Below, in pieces: positions 8,791 through 17,416 of a stretch of DNA of 32,000 bases; the first letter of the stretch is position 1; every line of letters begins with the position of its first letter. Both the position numbers and the translations under genes were made by a program. The stretch comes from Geobacter metallireducens GS-15 (GTDB lineage Bacteria > Desulfobacterota > Desulfuromonadia > Geobacterales > Geobacteraceae), in contig NC_007517.1 in the NCBI RefSeq assembly GCF_000012925.1, forward strand, positions 2,730,001-2,762,000. Direction: 5' to 3'. The notes below the pieces were generated by a model, which was given only the letters and a program-made list of their open reading frames with translations, did not search any database and had not been told where the DNA came from.

Positions 8791-11013
8791 TCAGAACTTT
8801 TCGAATTCGGTGTCCATGGAGTCACCACTACCCATATCATATGAAATTCCACCAACCGCCAAGGGAGGCTGATCCCCGCGGTTTTTGGCAGGGAGCGCAG
8901 CATTGCCGGCGTCCATATGCCCGACATGGATCCGTTTTGCGGCCCTCGTCAGCCTGGCTTCGGGTCTCCTTCGTTCCTCGTCACCAATCCGGAAAAAGCC
9001 AATGGTTGTCTGGAGTTGTTCCGCCTGGCTGGCCAGCTCCTCTGAGGTAGAGGACATTTCTTCGCTGGCCGAGGCGTTCTGCTGAATAACGGTATCGAGC
9101 TGCTGAATCGCCTTATTGATCTGCTCGGCCCCGGTGTCCTGCTCACGGCAGGCCGCGCTGATCTCCTGCACCAGTTCCGCCGTTCGCTGGATGTCGGGAA
9201 CGATGGTTGCCAGCAGTTCCCCGGCCCTGACCGCCACCTCGACACTGGATGAGGAGAGCTCACTGATTTCGCCGGCAGCCCGCTGACTCCGCTCGGCCAG
9301 CTTGCGCACCTCCGAGGCGACCACCGCGAAACCCTTGCCGTGCTCACCTGCGCGCGCCGCCTCGATAGCCGCGTTGAGCGCCAGCAGGTTCGTTTGCCGG
9401 GCAATCTCCTCGATGATGGATATCTTGCCGGCGATATCTTTCATGGCTTGCACTGTGTTGCCTACAGCCTTTCCCCCCTCGATGGCATCGGCAGCGGACT
9501 TCGTGGCAATCCGCTCGGTCTGGGTGGCGTTGTCGGCGTTCTGACGGATGTTCGCAGCCATCTGCTCCATGCTGCTGGAAGCCTCTTCGGCAGCTGCAGC
9601 TTGCTCGGTGGCCCCCTGGCTCATCTCCTCGGACGTGGAGGAGAGCTGCTGGCTCCCCGACCCAACATTATCGGCAGCCGAGACAATGTCTCTCACCACG
9701 TCGCGCAGCCGGGCCACCATGGAGGCCAATGCACGCATCAGCTCATCCTGTGCGGAGCGTTCCCGAACCTCAACCATCAGATTACCGCCGGCAATCTCCT
9801 GGGCCAGCTTCGTTACGGCGTTCATGGAATCGATGAGGCTGTTCAGGTTTTTCTTTATCTCATTGAAATCACCCTTGTACTCCTCGCTGATCCGCTCGGG
9901 GATATCCCCACGGCTGATGCGGTCGAGGGAGACGGCCGTCATGTGGATTGGAGCGACAAAGGCCTCGATGAGCCGGTTGATTCCGGCCACCAGATCGCGC
10001 CACCCGCCGTCGAATGATGTGGCGTCCCCCCGTTGGTCCAGTTTGCCGTCCTGAACAGATGTAACAAGGTGTTCTGTCTCCCTTTGAAGGTTGTTGAGGG
10101 TGGCCAGCATTCGGCCAAGGTTGCGGGCAAGGATGTCCTGCTCGGAACGGACTTCCACCACCTTGACCGACAGATCGCCTCCGGCCACCTTCTCGGCGGC
10201 GTTGGCCAGGACCCGCATGCTTTCCACCATGTTCTTCATGGAGGAGAGGAGCTGGCCGGTTTCGTCGGTACGGTCCACGTCGATAGCAACCGAAAGGTCT
10301 CCCACGGCGAGGGCATTGGACACCGCCACCGCCTTCTGCAGCGGCAGCGTAATGCTGCGGGTCAGAATGAATGCCAGAATTATTGCCAGAACAATGGATA
10401 TGGCACTCACGGATATAAGGAGCATCTGTGCCTTGCCGGCAAGCGCATTGGCCTCTTTGACCATCTCTTCCATCCGCTTTTCGGAGCCCTTTGCAAAATC
10501 ATTGACGCCGGCCTCGAAGCGGTGGGCCTCATCCTTCACGTCGCCGATGGCCTTATTGGCATCGGTGGTCGTCTTGATCTCGCCCGCCTTGATCTTCTCA
10601 TGCACCTTTTTGAAGCCATTGGCATAGCCGAGCAGGTCTTTTTTGAGCCCGGCCACAACTTCCTTTTCCTTTGTTGAATCATAGTCAGTCTTTGACAGCC
10701 CCTTTTCGATAGCATCGACGCGTGCCATTATGTGCTCAAATGTTTCATCCCACTTCTTTCGGTATTCCTCCGTTTTCTGGACGTTGCCAATATTGATGTA
10801 CAGGTCCTTTTCGTAGCGGCGCAGCATATTGACGTTGGCACGGGCACGCTGACCGGAAATGACCATATCGGCATCCACCTTTATGGCATCATCCATCGTG
10901 GCCTTGAGTTGCCTCGTGGACCAAAGGCCCGTCCCCCCGACAACCAAAAGAAACAGCGTCAACAAACCGAAGCCAATTGCCAACTTGATACCGATTTTCT
11001 GATTCTTCAACAC
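8791..11013 (-). CDS. Methyl-accepting chemotaxis protein with a multi-HAMP array
   Basis: The track ORF extends to 11052. I prefer the GTG at 11013 ([15 protein letters not shown]...), which has GAGAGG upstream and gives an N-terminus parallel to the other two MCPs. An ATG at 11034 is possible but has no SD. Contains two TM segments, about five HAMP-like units, a canonical MCP signalling domain and a C-terminal EFEKF. Confidence 0.9.
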   Translation of the reverse strand: MLKNQKIGIKLAIGFGLLTLFLLVVGGTGLWSTRQLKATMDDAIKVDADMVISGQRARANVNMLRRYEKDLYINIGNVQKTEEYRKKWDETFEHIMARVDAIEKGLSKTDYDSTKEKEVVAGLKKDLLGYANGFKKVHEKIKAGEIKTTTDANKAIGDVKDEAHRFEAGVNDFAKGSEKRMEEMVKEANALAGKAQMLLISVSAISIVLAIILAFILTRSITLPLQKAVAVSNALAVGDLSVAIDVDRTDETGQLLSSMKNMVESMRVLANAAEKVAGGDLSVKVVEVRSEQDILARNLGRMLATLNNLQRETEHLVTSVQDGKLDQRGDATSFDGGWRDLVAGINRLIEAFVAPIHMTAVSLDRISRGDIPERISEEYKGDFNEIKKNLNSLIDSMNAVTKLAQEIAGGNLMVEVRERSAQDELMRALASMVARLRDVVRDIVSAADNVGSGSQQLSSTSEEMSQGATEQAAAAEEASSSMEQMAANIRQNADNATQTERIATKSAADAIEGGKAVGNTVQAMKDIAGKISIIEEIARQTNLLALNAAIEAARAGEHGKGFAVVASEVRKLAERSQRAAGEISELSSSSVEVAVRAGELLATIVPDIQRTAELVQEISAACREQDTGAEQINKAIQQLDTVIQQNASASEEMSSTSEELASQAEQLQTTIGFFRIGDEERRRPEARLTRAAKRIHVGHMDAGNAALPAKNRGDQPPLAVGGISYDMGSGDSMDTEFEKF

Positions 11014-11088
11014 GGGGCACCTCTCTTTACTCATGAAGCGGTGTATCCACACCTCACACTCTTGTGGAATGTATTGACTCTAAGGAAT

Positions 11089-11115
11089 ATATCGGCGTCC
11101 AGTGGAAAAACTTTA
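11089..11115 (-). promoter_or_regulatory. Sigma-28 (FliA)-type promoter for the 8791..11013 MCP
   Basis: The minus strand reads TAAAGTTT-N11-GCCGATAT, which is 8/8 and 7/8 to consensus with exact spacing. Confidence 0.75.
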
Positions 11116-11180
11116 TAAACCTAATAAACGTCCGACAACCGAACTGACAAAAACCAGAAAGACAGGCGAAGGCCCCCAAC

Positions 11181-11214
11181 AAAAAACGACGCCGCGACAG
11201 TGGCCACGGCGTCG
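11181..11214 (-). terminator. Rho-independent terminator downstream of the 11239..12984 MCP
   Basis: The minus strand has an 8-bp stem CGACGCCG...CGGCGTCG with a 12-nt loop, followed directly by TTTTTT. It begins about 25 nt after the stop. Confidence 0.75.
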
Positions 11215-11238
11215 ATGACACATTACGATAAGGAGACA

Positions 11239-12984
11239 TCAAAACTTTTCAAATTCTTTGTCCAGATTGTCAGATTCGGAGCTGAGGTCGAGATCGACGC
11301 CTGCGCTTCCCGCTTTCCTGGTAGACGCACTGGCGACGTAGCCGTTGGCGCTGTGTGAAGCAATATGCTTCACCTCCACCTTGTGGGCAGGGGGCTTCCT
11401 GACGCTTGCGCTCCTGCCCGAAACGCTGCCATCCACCTTGAAGAAGCCGATGGTCGCCTGCAGCTGTTCGGCCTGGGAGGCAAGCTCCTCGGAAGTGGAG
11501 GCCATCTCTTCGGAAGCACTGGCATTCTGCTGGATTACCTGGTCGAGCTGCTGGATCGCCTTGTTGATCTGTTCGGCGCCGGTATCCTGCTCCTTGCACG
11601 CCGCGCTGATCTCCTGCACCAGTTCCGCCGTCCGCTGGATGTCGGGAACCAGGCGCTCAAGCATCTCGCCCGCCTTTTCCGCCACGTCGACGCTCGTGGC
11701 CGACAGCTCGCTGATCTCGCCCGCCGCCTTCTGGCTCCGCTCGGCCAGCTTTCTCACCTCGGCCGCAACCACCGCAAACCCCTTGCCGTGCTCGCCGGCC
11801 CGGGCCGCCTCGATGGCCGCGTTCAGGGCCAGCAGGTTCGTCTGACGGGCAATCTCCTCAATGATGGATATCTTGCCGGCGATCTCCTTCATGGCATTGA
11901 CGGTCTGGCCTACCGCCTTGCCCCCTTCTTTGGCGTCGGTGGCACTCTTAAGGGCGATTTTTTCGGTCTGCTGGGCATTGTCGGCGTTCTGGCGAATATT
12001 GGAGCTCATCTGTTCCATGCTGGACGATGCCTCTTCAGCCGCCGCCGCCTGCTCCGTGGCCCCCTGGCTCATCTCCTCGCTGCTGGAAGAAAGTTCCTGA
12101 CTCCCGGCGGCAACATTGTCGGAAGCCGATTTCACGTCCGCCACCACGATTTTCAGCTTTTCCACCATGTTCGCCATGGCTTCGAGAAGCTGCCCGGTCT
12201 CGTCCTTGCTGGTGACGTCGATGGCTATGGTCAGATCGCCGCCGGCAAGCCTGGTGGCCACATCAACCCCTTGCTTCAATGGCCGGGTAATGGCACGGCT
12301 GATGAATATCCCGATCCCAAGCCCCAGCACCAAGGCCACAAGGCTTAACCCGATCATGGCCTTGACGGCCATCTGCTCATCCTTTTCCGCAGTGGCGACG
12401 GAGTCGTTGGTAAACTTCTCGACATTTTTCAGGAACGTGTCTATCGCCTGCTCAAGATCACTTCCCTCCTTTTCCACCCGGTGCTCCAGTTCAGTAACTG
12501 CACTGAACTTACCGGCATCGAGGGTGGAAAAGAGCTCCTGAGTGACTTTCTCAAAGTCGTTGTATTCCTTCTCGATCACCTTCAGGCGTTCAGCCATTTC
12601 GGTGAATTCCTTCTGGACTGCCGCATCTCCAGCCGTTTCCTTGAGAGCTTGCTGCACCACCTGTTCAGCCTTTTTCAGGGTGGCATCAAACTCCTTGGCC
12701 TTATTACCGAACGCTTCCTCCACTTTCTTCAGTTCGGCCTGCTGGTTGTTTGTCCCCAGACGCACCGCCCGATGGAAAAGGACCATTTCATCCATCTGGA
12801 TCTTCCCTACTTCATTGATCGCCTCGGTAAGGGGAATGTCCTGCTTGTCAATGCCCGCAATTTCCTCACCAATCCCTTTCATCTTCACAACGCCGAAGGC
12901 GGCTATCGTCATCATGAATGCAAGCATGAGCGTTACCAGGCCGAGAATCTTGGTGCCTATCTTCATGTTATTCATGAGCTTCAT
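11239..12984 (-). CDS. Methyl-accepting chemotaxis protein
   Basis: 581 aa. Order of elements: TM1, helical periplasmic domain, TM2, single HAMP, canonical MCP signalling domain, linker, C-terminal EFEKF. AAGGAGG lies 7 nt upstream of the ATG. Confidence 0.95.
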   Translation of the reverse strand: MKLMNNMKIGTKILGLVTLMLAFMMTIAAFGVVKMKGIGEEIAGIDKQDIPLTEAINEVGKIQMDEMVLFHRAVRLGTNNQQAELKKVEEAFGNKAKEFDATLKKAEQVVQQALKETAGDAAVQKEFTEMAERLKVIEKEYNDFEKVTQELFSTLDAGKFSAVTELEHRVEKEGSDLEQAIDTFLKNVEKFTNDSVATAEKDEQMAVKAMIGLSLVALVLGLGIGIFISRAITRPLKQGVDVATRLAGGDLTIAIDVTSKDETGQLLEAMANMVEKLKIVVADVKSASDNVAAGSQELSSSSEEMSQGATEQAAAAEEASSSMEQMSSNIRQNADNAQQTEKIALKSATDAKEGGKAVGQTVNAMKEIAGKISIIEEIARQTNLLALNAAIEAARAGEHGKGFAVVAAEVRKLAERSQKAAGEISELSATSVDVAEKAGEMLERLVPDIQRTAELVQEISAACKEQDTGAEQINKAIQQLDQVIQQNASASEEMASTSEELASQAEQLQATIGFFKVDGSVSGRSASVRKPPAHKVEVKHIASHSANGYVASASTRKAGSAGVDLDLSSESDNLDKEFEKF

Positions 12985-13150
12985 CTTTCTACCTCCTTAA
13001 TACTGAGAGTACCGCCGATATCTGCTGGGAGGGGTACAAAGTCCCCCGAACCGGCGCAGGGATTTCCCGTCTTTGATTTCGTGTTTTCCGACCTACCGAA
13101 CGCCAGATTTCCCGCATTACACAAAGGGAATTTACCAACTCTAAAGCTGG

Positions 13151-13176
13151 TATCGGCGATCTCCGGGGAATCTTTA
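13151..13176 (-). promoter_or_regulatory. Sigma-28 (FliA)-type promoter for the 11239..12984 MCP
   Basis: The minus strand reads TAAAGATT-N11-GCCGATAC (7/8 and 7/8, exact spacing). It lies about 170 nt upstream of the ATG, which implies a long leader. Confidence 0.6.
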
Positions 13177-13220
13177 GAATTCTAATATTCCCCGTTGGCT
13201 GTCAGCAGCAAAATGGTGTC

Positions 13221-13253
13221 AAAAAAAAACGCCGCGGCACTGGCCACGGCGTC
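13221..13253 (-). terminator. Rho-independent terminator downstream of the GGDEF gene
   Basis: The minus strand has the stem ACGCCG...CGGCGT followed by a run of nine T. The sequence is related to the 11181..11214 terminator. Confidence 0.7.
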
Positions 13254-13281
13254 ATCGACACGCTTGATCCACACTAAAAAT

Positions 13282-14343
13282 TTACGAATTCTCTCCCAGC
13301 AGGGAAGAGCAGACGCGGTTCTTGCCGGTCACCTTCGCCTGGTAGAGAGCCCGGTCGGCCTCTTCGATCACATCGGCAACCTCAATTCCCAGGCGCAGCG
13401 TCACGGAGGCGATTCCGACACTGACCGTCGGCATTATCTTCTCTTTGTTCACGGGAAGCGACAGCGTCGCCACATTCTGCCGGAATCGTTCCGCAACCAC
13501 CCGGGCGGAATCCTGCGACGTATCGGGGAGCAGCACTCCGAACTCCTCGCCGCCGTAGCGGGAAACGACGTCGGACTTCCGGAAGCTGAGCCTCAGCATC
13601 TTCGCCACGGCGACGAGAACCTGGTCTCCGGCTCCGTGACCGTAGGTATCGTTCACGCGTTTGAAGTCGTCGAGATCGATCAAAAGCAGCGAAAACGGCT
13701 TTGTGGTCCGCTTCCGGGCCTCGACTTCCAGCATCGCCTCGAAGACCCGACGGTTGTAAAGTCCGGTCAGATGATCGCGCATGGAAAGGTTCTTGAGCCG
13801 GTCGCACTCCCGGGCAGCGGCCAGGGAACGGGCAAGGTTTTCGACAACTCCCCCAAAGAACTCGTCGGAATATTGACTTTCGGCCAGGGATTGACGGGAG
13901 AGGGAGAGGGTTCCCGAGCCGTCGGGGAAAGGGATGGTACGGACGTCGGCGGCATCGCTCAGCCCCTTCTGCGCGGCAGCGATAAAGACCGTGGACGTGG
14001 CGCCTTCCTGACGTTTTTTTGACAAATGACGACCGCGTCCCGCCCCACCCCTCATCGTGCCGGTGGAAAAATCATGGCAGCAAACCGAGAGCATTTGCCA
14101 GCCGAGAGTCTCGCCGAGCCATGAAGATGCTACCTCGCATACCTGCCGGGGGTCGAGGATGGAACCGACAACAGCGCCAAAATCCGCCACGAGAAGCAGT
14201 TCGGCAACGCGCCGCTCCAGGGCGGCAGGAGATTCGTCACAACCGGAGTTTGTCGATTTCAGTTCGTGCCGTGCATAGGGGGCGCGTGTCATCCGTGCCG
14301 GTTTTACCGTGCAGTTTCCCGCCATAATGTGCGATTGCAGCAT
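13282..14343 (-). CDS. Diguanylate cyclase (GAF-like N-terminus + GGDEF domain with I-site)
   Basis: The track ORF starts at a TTG at 14349. The ATG at 14343 has GGGAGGA 8 nt upstream. The GGDEF domain shows DHLTGLYNRR, DLDDFKRVNDTYGHGAGD and RYGGEEF. An RKSD (RxxD) motif lies 5 residues before GGEEF. Confidence 0.9.
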   Translation of the reverse strand: MLQSHIMAGNCTVKPARMTRAPYARHELKSTNSGCDESPAALERRVAELLLVADFGAVVGSILDPRQVCEVASSWLGETLGWQMLSVCCHDFSTGTMRGGAGRGRHLSKKRQEGATSTVFIAAAQKGLSDAADVRTIPFPDGSGTLSLSRQSLAESQYSDEFFGGVVENLARSLAAARECDRLKNLSMRDHLTGLYNRRVFEAMLEVEARKRTTKPFSLLLIDLDDFKRVNDTYGHGAGDQVLVAVAKMLRLSFRKSDVVSRYGGEEFGVLLPDTSQDSARVVAERFRQNVATLSLPVNKEKIMPTVSVGIASVTLRLGIEVADVIEEADRALYQAKVTGKNRVCSSLLGENS

Positions 14344-14411
14344 GTTCAATTTCCTCCCTGAAAGAAAACATCATAATAGTTACAGCCAATTACGGAACCA
14401 TTGCCATAAAA

Positions 14412-14427
14412 AAGCATATTTAGTGCC
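14412..14427 (-). promoter_or_regulatory. Sigma-54 (RpoN)-type -24/-12 promoter for the GGDEF gene
   Basis: The minus strand reads TGGCAC-TAAAT-ATGCT, with GG-N10-GC spacing exactly as in the consensus TGGCAC-N5-TTGCW. It lies about 65 nt upstream of the start codon. Confidence 0.6.
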
Positions 14428-14565
14428 AGTCCATTAACGCTATGTAAAATTTTCTTTGCAAAACAAATCATACGTCTTGTATCCGGCATATGGCGGGCTA
14501 AGGGGAAAGGCGCAACCGTTTACTTCTCGATCGGGTACTGCCCCTTCACCGCAGGCTCTCTACAC

Positions 14566-14592
14566 AAAAGGCCCCGTATTTCGGGGCCTTTT
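14566..14592. terminator. Bidirectional-looking hairpin terminator downstream of the hybrid kinase gene
   Basis: The sequence is AAAA-GGCCCCG-tattt-CGGGGCC-TTTT: a 7-bp GC stem flanked by A and T runs, about 180 nt after the kinase stop codon. Confidence 0.65.
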
Positions 14593-14769
14593 ACCATAGA
14601 CGGACAGCGGTGGCCGCCTGCGCGTCAGGGGGTACAACGTATCGTCGGGGAAATGTCCAACGTCAATAATCCGTCTCAGCCGTTAAACGAGAAGGCTAAA
14701 CAGATAGGGGAAACCGGCACGGCCGCCCATACCAGGGAGATCGGGCGACCGTTTGCCAAGAAGGGAATA

Positions 14770-17253
14770 TCAGGACATTTCGCCGACCGCCGCCTCTACC
14801 CGGCGGACTTCGCGGCGAAGCAAGGGAATAGTCCGGGCGACAGCGACGCCGTCGCTCTTTCGAGCCGCCGTTTCCACGTCGGCGGCGTATCTGCTGACAT
14901 GGGGCGCGCCGATTGTTGCAGCCGCTCCCTTCACGGAGTGGGCAGCCGCGGCCAGTTCAGCGTACTTGCCGGTGGCGAGGTATTCCTCCATCCGTTCGCA
15001 CTCCGTCGCCGTTGACTGGGCGAAGATGGAGAGGACCTCAGCAAGGCAGTCCCCGATTCCCGCGTCATGGAACTGTGATTGCTGGAATTCAAGGTCAAAC
15101 GGGGAACCTTCATCGGGAGCATCACGCATCGGGCATCTCTCCTCGGGTGGCAATTCGCCTCTTTCTCCGGCGATGCGAAGGAGCATCCTCTGCAACTCGC
15201 CACGGATAAGGGGCTTGGATAGGTAGTCGGACATCCCTGCGGCAAGAAAACGGTCCCGGTCATCCTTCAGGGCATGGGCAGTCAGGGCGACAATCGGAAT
15301 CGCGCGAGCCTTCTCCCCCGCGTCCCCCCGGCGGATCGCCCGGGTGGCCTCGATCCCGTCCATCTCGGGCATTGAAATATCCATGAGGACCAGGTCGTAC
15401 GTGCCATCCCTGAGGGCGTCAACAGCCTCCCTGCCGTTGGCGACGGCAGCGACCCGCTGCTTGAGCGCCGTGAGCAGACCAATGGCCACCGTCCGGTTCA
15501 GCTCGTTGTCCTCGACCACAAGCACAGAGAGGCTGGGAAGTACGCTGTCGGAAAGCTCCTCGCCGGCGGTTTTGTCCGCTGGAGGACCGGTTGCGGGCCT
15601 CAGGGGGAGGAGAACACGGAAGACCGCCCCTTTCCCCGCCTCACTCTCCACCTCGATGGTTCCCCCCATCAGTTCCACCAGCCCCCGTGTTATGGCGAGC
15701 CCGAGGCCGGTTCCGCCATAGTTGCGGGTTGTGGAAGAATCGGCCTGGCGGAACATCTCGAAGATTCTCTCATGTTTGTCCTTCTCTATCCCGATGCCGG
15801 TGTCACTTACTGTGAAGAGCAGATTTCCGCCGGCAGGGTCCGCATCTGCAGCAAGGGTGACCCGCCCACCCGTCGGGGTAAACTTGATGGCATTCGAAAG
15901 GAGATTGGTCAGTACCTGACGGAGGCGGGCCGGATCGCCACAAATAAACTGCGGCGCCTCATCGCCCACAAGGATCGAGAGGCTGATGTTTTCTCGTTCT
16001 GCCTTTACGGCAAAAAGGCGGCGGAGCGATTCGACAAAGGAGCGGAGTTCCAGCGCTTCGTCCGAAAGCTCCAGGCGCCGGGCTTCGACCCGGGAGAAAT
16101 CGAGAATGTCGTTGATGATGGTCAGGAGCGATTCGGCGGCATTGCTCGAGTCGTCCACCAGCCGGCGCTGCTGCTGAGAGAGATGGGTCTCCTGCAGCAA
16201 CTGGTTGATCCCTATGATGGCGTTCATGGGAGTACGGATCTCATGACTCATGGTGGCGAGAAATTCGCCCTTGACACGGTTCGCCTCCTCGGCCTCTTCT
16301 CTAGCCTGGACAAGTTCGGCGGTCTTCTCTTCCACTTTTTCCTCCAGGTTATTGATGAAGGCGTGGAGTTCCGTCGACATGACGTTGAAAGACGCGGCGA
16401 GTTCATTCATTTCACGGTCGCGGCCGAGAGGGATCTGCTCACCGAGGTAACGGCGGTCGTGGGCGATCCGGCGGGCACTTTCGGTGACAGATGCCAGAGG
16501 GCTTAGGACAACACGGCCGAAGAACCAGTTCTTGATGGCGAAAAACGAGGCAATCACCGCAAGGAGCAACGCCGACAGTCTGAGGGAAAAACTGTTGGCC
16601 TCGGCATAGGCCTCGGACAGGGGAATCCGGATGGAAATTGCCGACACGAGCTCGTTCTCGTGGCGGCTGAAGCTGCGGTTGGGCCCATAGGTGCGGACCA
16701 GGCCGCCTGGTGCCGTCTCCGGGTTACTGTGGCAGAGCAGGCAGGACTTCTCCATTGCTTCGCCGCGTGCCATGGCGACGAAAAACAACTTGCCGTCGAT
16801 CTCGCGTACGCCGTTGAACGTGGTAACCGCCGGATTGTGGCTGGCCCGCTCCAAGAACTCACGCTCGAAGGGATCGGCCTCGTTCCGGGGGCTCCGGGCG
16901 TTGATGGCGCATTCCTTGTAGTAGTACCCTTTCCCGTGGCGTGACTGGAATATTTTGTCGATCTCTCGGACGGCATAGGTGGAGGACATCCAGACCGGAT
17001 CGAAGTAATCCTTGTCCCGCAGGGACGCGGTGAAGTCAAGAAGCCGCGGCTTGAGCTCCTTGTTGATATAGGCATGGATTGCGAGATACCGCACGAGGAT
17101 TCGCTCGGCATCCCGGCCGGCATCGTTGAGGGCCAGCCGCTTCTGGGCGACGTTCACCACCAGGACGATGACAAGGGATGTGACGCCGAGGAGGAGGAGA
17201 TTTATCCGGAGAAGCCGTGCCTTTATTGAGGAAGCCTGTTTCTGGAGAACCAT
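14770..17253 (-). CDS. Hybrid sensor histidine kinase: periplasmic c-type-heme (DUF3365-like) sensor, HAMP, HisKA, HATPase, receiver, HPt
   Basis: 827 aa with these elements:
- TM1 at aa ~15-35
- CLLCH at aa 171-175 in the context [23 protein letters not shown]
- TM2
- H-box ([10 protein letters not shown])
- N/G boxes ([21 protein letters not shown])
- receiver (VLVVEDN...DISMPEMDG...KP)
- HPt ([15 protein letters not shown]). Confidence 0.9.
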   Translation of the reverse strand: MVLQKQASSIKARLLRINLLLLGVTSLVIVLVVNVAQKRLALNDAGRDAERILVRYLAIHAYINKELKPRLLDFTASLRDKDYFDPVWMSSTYAVREIDKIFQSRHGKGYYYKECAINARSPRNEADPFEREFLERASHNPAVTTFNGVREIDGKLFFVAMARGEAMEKSCLLCHSNPETAPGGLVRTYGPNRSFSRHENELVSAISIRIPLSEAYAEANSFSLRLSALLLAVIASFFAIKNWFFGRVVLSPLASVTESARRIAHDRRYLGEQIPLGRDREMNELAASFNVMSTELHAFINNLEEKVEEKTAELVQAREEAEEANRVKGEFLATMSHEIRTPMNAIIGINQLLQETHLSQQQRRLVDDSSNAAESLLTIINDILDFSRVEARRLELSDEALELRSFVESLRRLFAVKAERENISLSILVGDEAPQFICGDPARLRQVLTNLLSNAIKFTPTGGRVTLAADADPAGGNLLFTVSDTGIGIEKDKHERIFEMFRQADSSTTRNYGGTGLGLAITRGLVELMGGTIEVESEAGKGAVFRVLLPLRPATGPPADKTAGEELSDSVLPSLSVLVVEDNELNRTVAIGLLTALKQRVAAVANGREAVDALRDGTYDLVLMDISMPEMDGIEATRAIRRGDAGEKARAIPIVALTAHALKDDRDRFLAAGMSDYLSKPLIRGELQRMLLRIAGERGELPPEERCPMRDAPDEGSPFDLEFQQSQFHDAGIGDCLAEVLSIFAQSTATECERMEEYLATGKYAELAAAAHSVKGAAATIGAPHVSRYAADVETAARKSDGVAVARTIPLLRREVRRVEAAVGEMS

Positions 17254-17353
17254 GGGTTTTCTACTCCATTTCCCCTGATGTCACGAGAAAAAAGGGGTTG
17301 CCACATTGCTGCACAATCCTTGCCGAAACAACCTCAATAGGTCTCTTTGATAC

Positions 17354-17387
17354 AAAAAGAGCCGCCACGACAGGTAATCGTGGCAGC
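17354..17387 (-). terminator. Hairpin terminator downstream of cheA
   Basis: The minus strand reads GCTGCCACGA-ttacctg-TCGTGGCGGC, a 10-bp stem with one G-U pair, followed by TCTTTTT. It begins 30 nt after the cheA stop. Confidence 0.55.
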
Positions 17388-17416
17388 CCGAATTTCCCCG
17401 TTGCACTACATCTCCT

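Noticed and set aside
12985-13150. A possible c-di-GMP (GEMM-type) riboswitch in the ~160-nt leader of the third MCP and in other long leaders (5036-5290, 23362-23520)
   Set aside because: I could not find the conserved GEMM-I core strings as I remember them (GGCAAACC..., GACGCAAAGCC...) or a convincing P1/P2 architecture. Only a loose repeat, CGGGAAATC x2, is present. A covariance-model scan (Rfam RF01051/RF01786) would settle it.
14653-15226. Plus-strand ORFs 14653..15015 and 14753..15226 beginning in the gap after the hybrid kinase
   Set aside because: Most of their length is antisense to the HPt-domain coding region of the kinase. They have no ribosome-binding site and no domain signature.
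17298-17313. A sigma-54-like string TTGCCACATTGCTGCA upstream of the hybrid kinase gene
   Set aside because: It lies on the plus strand, with no downstream plus-strand gene. It lacks the invariant GG (TGCCAC rather than TGGCAC), and the TTGC element is too close. The minus-strand reading has the elements in the wrong order.
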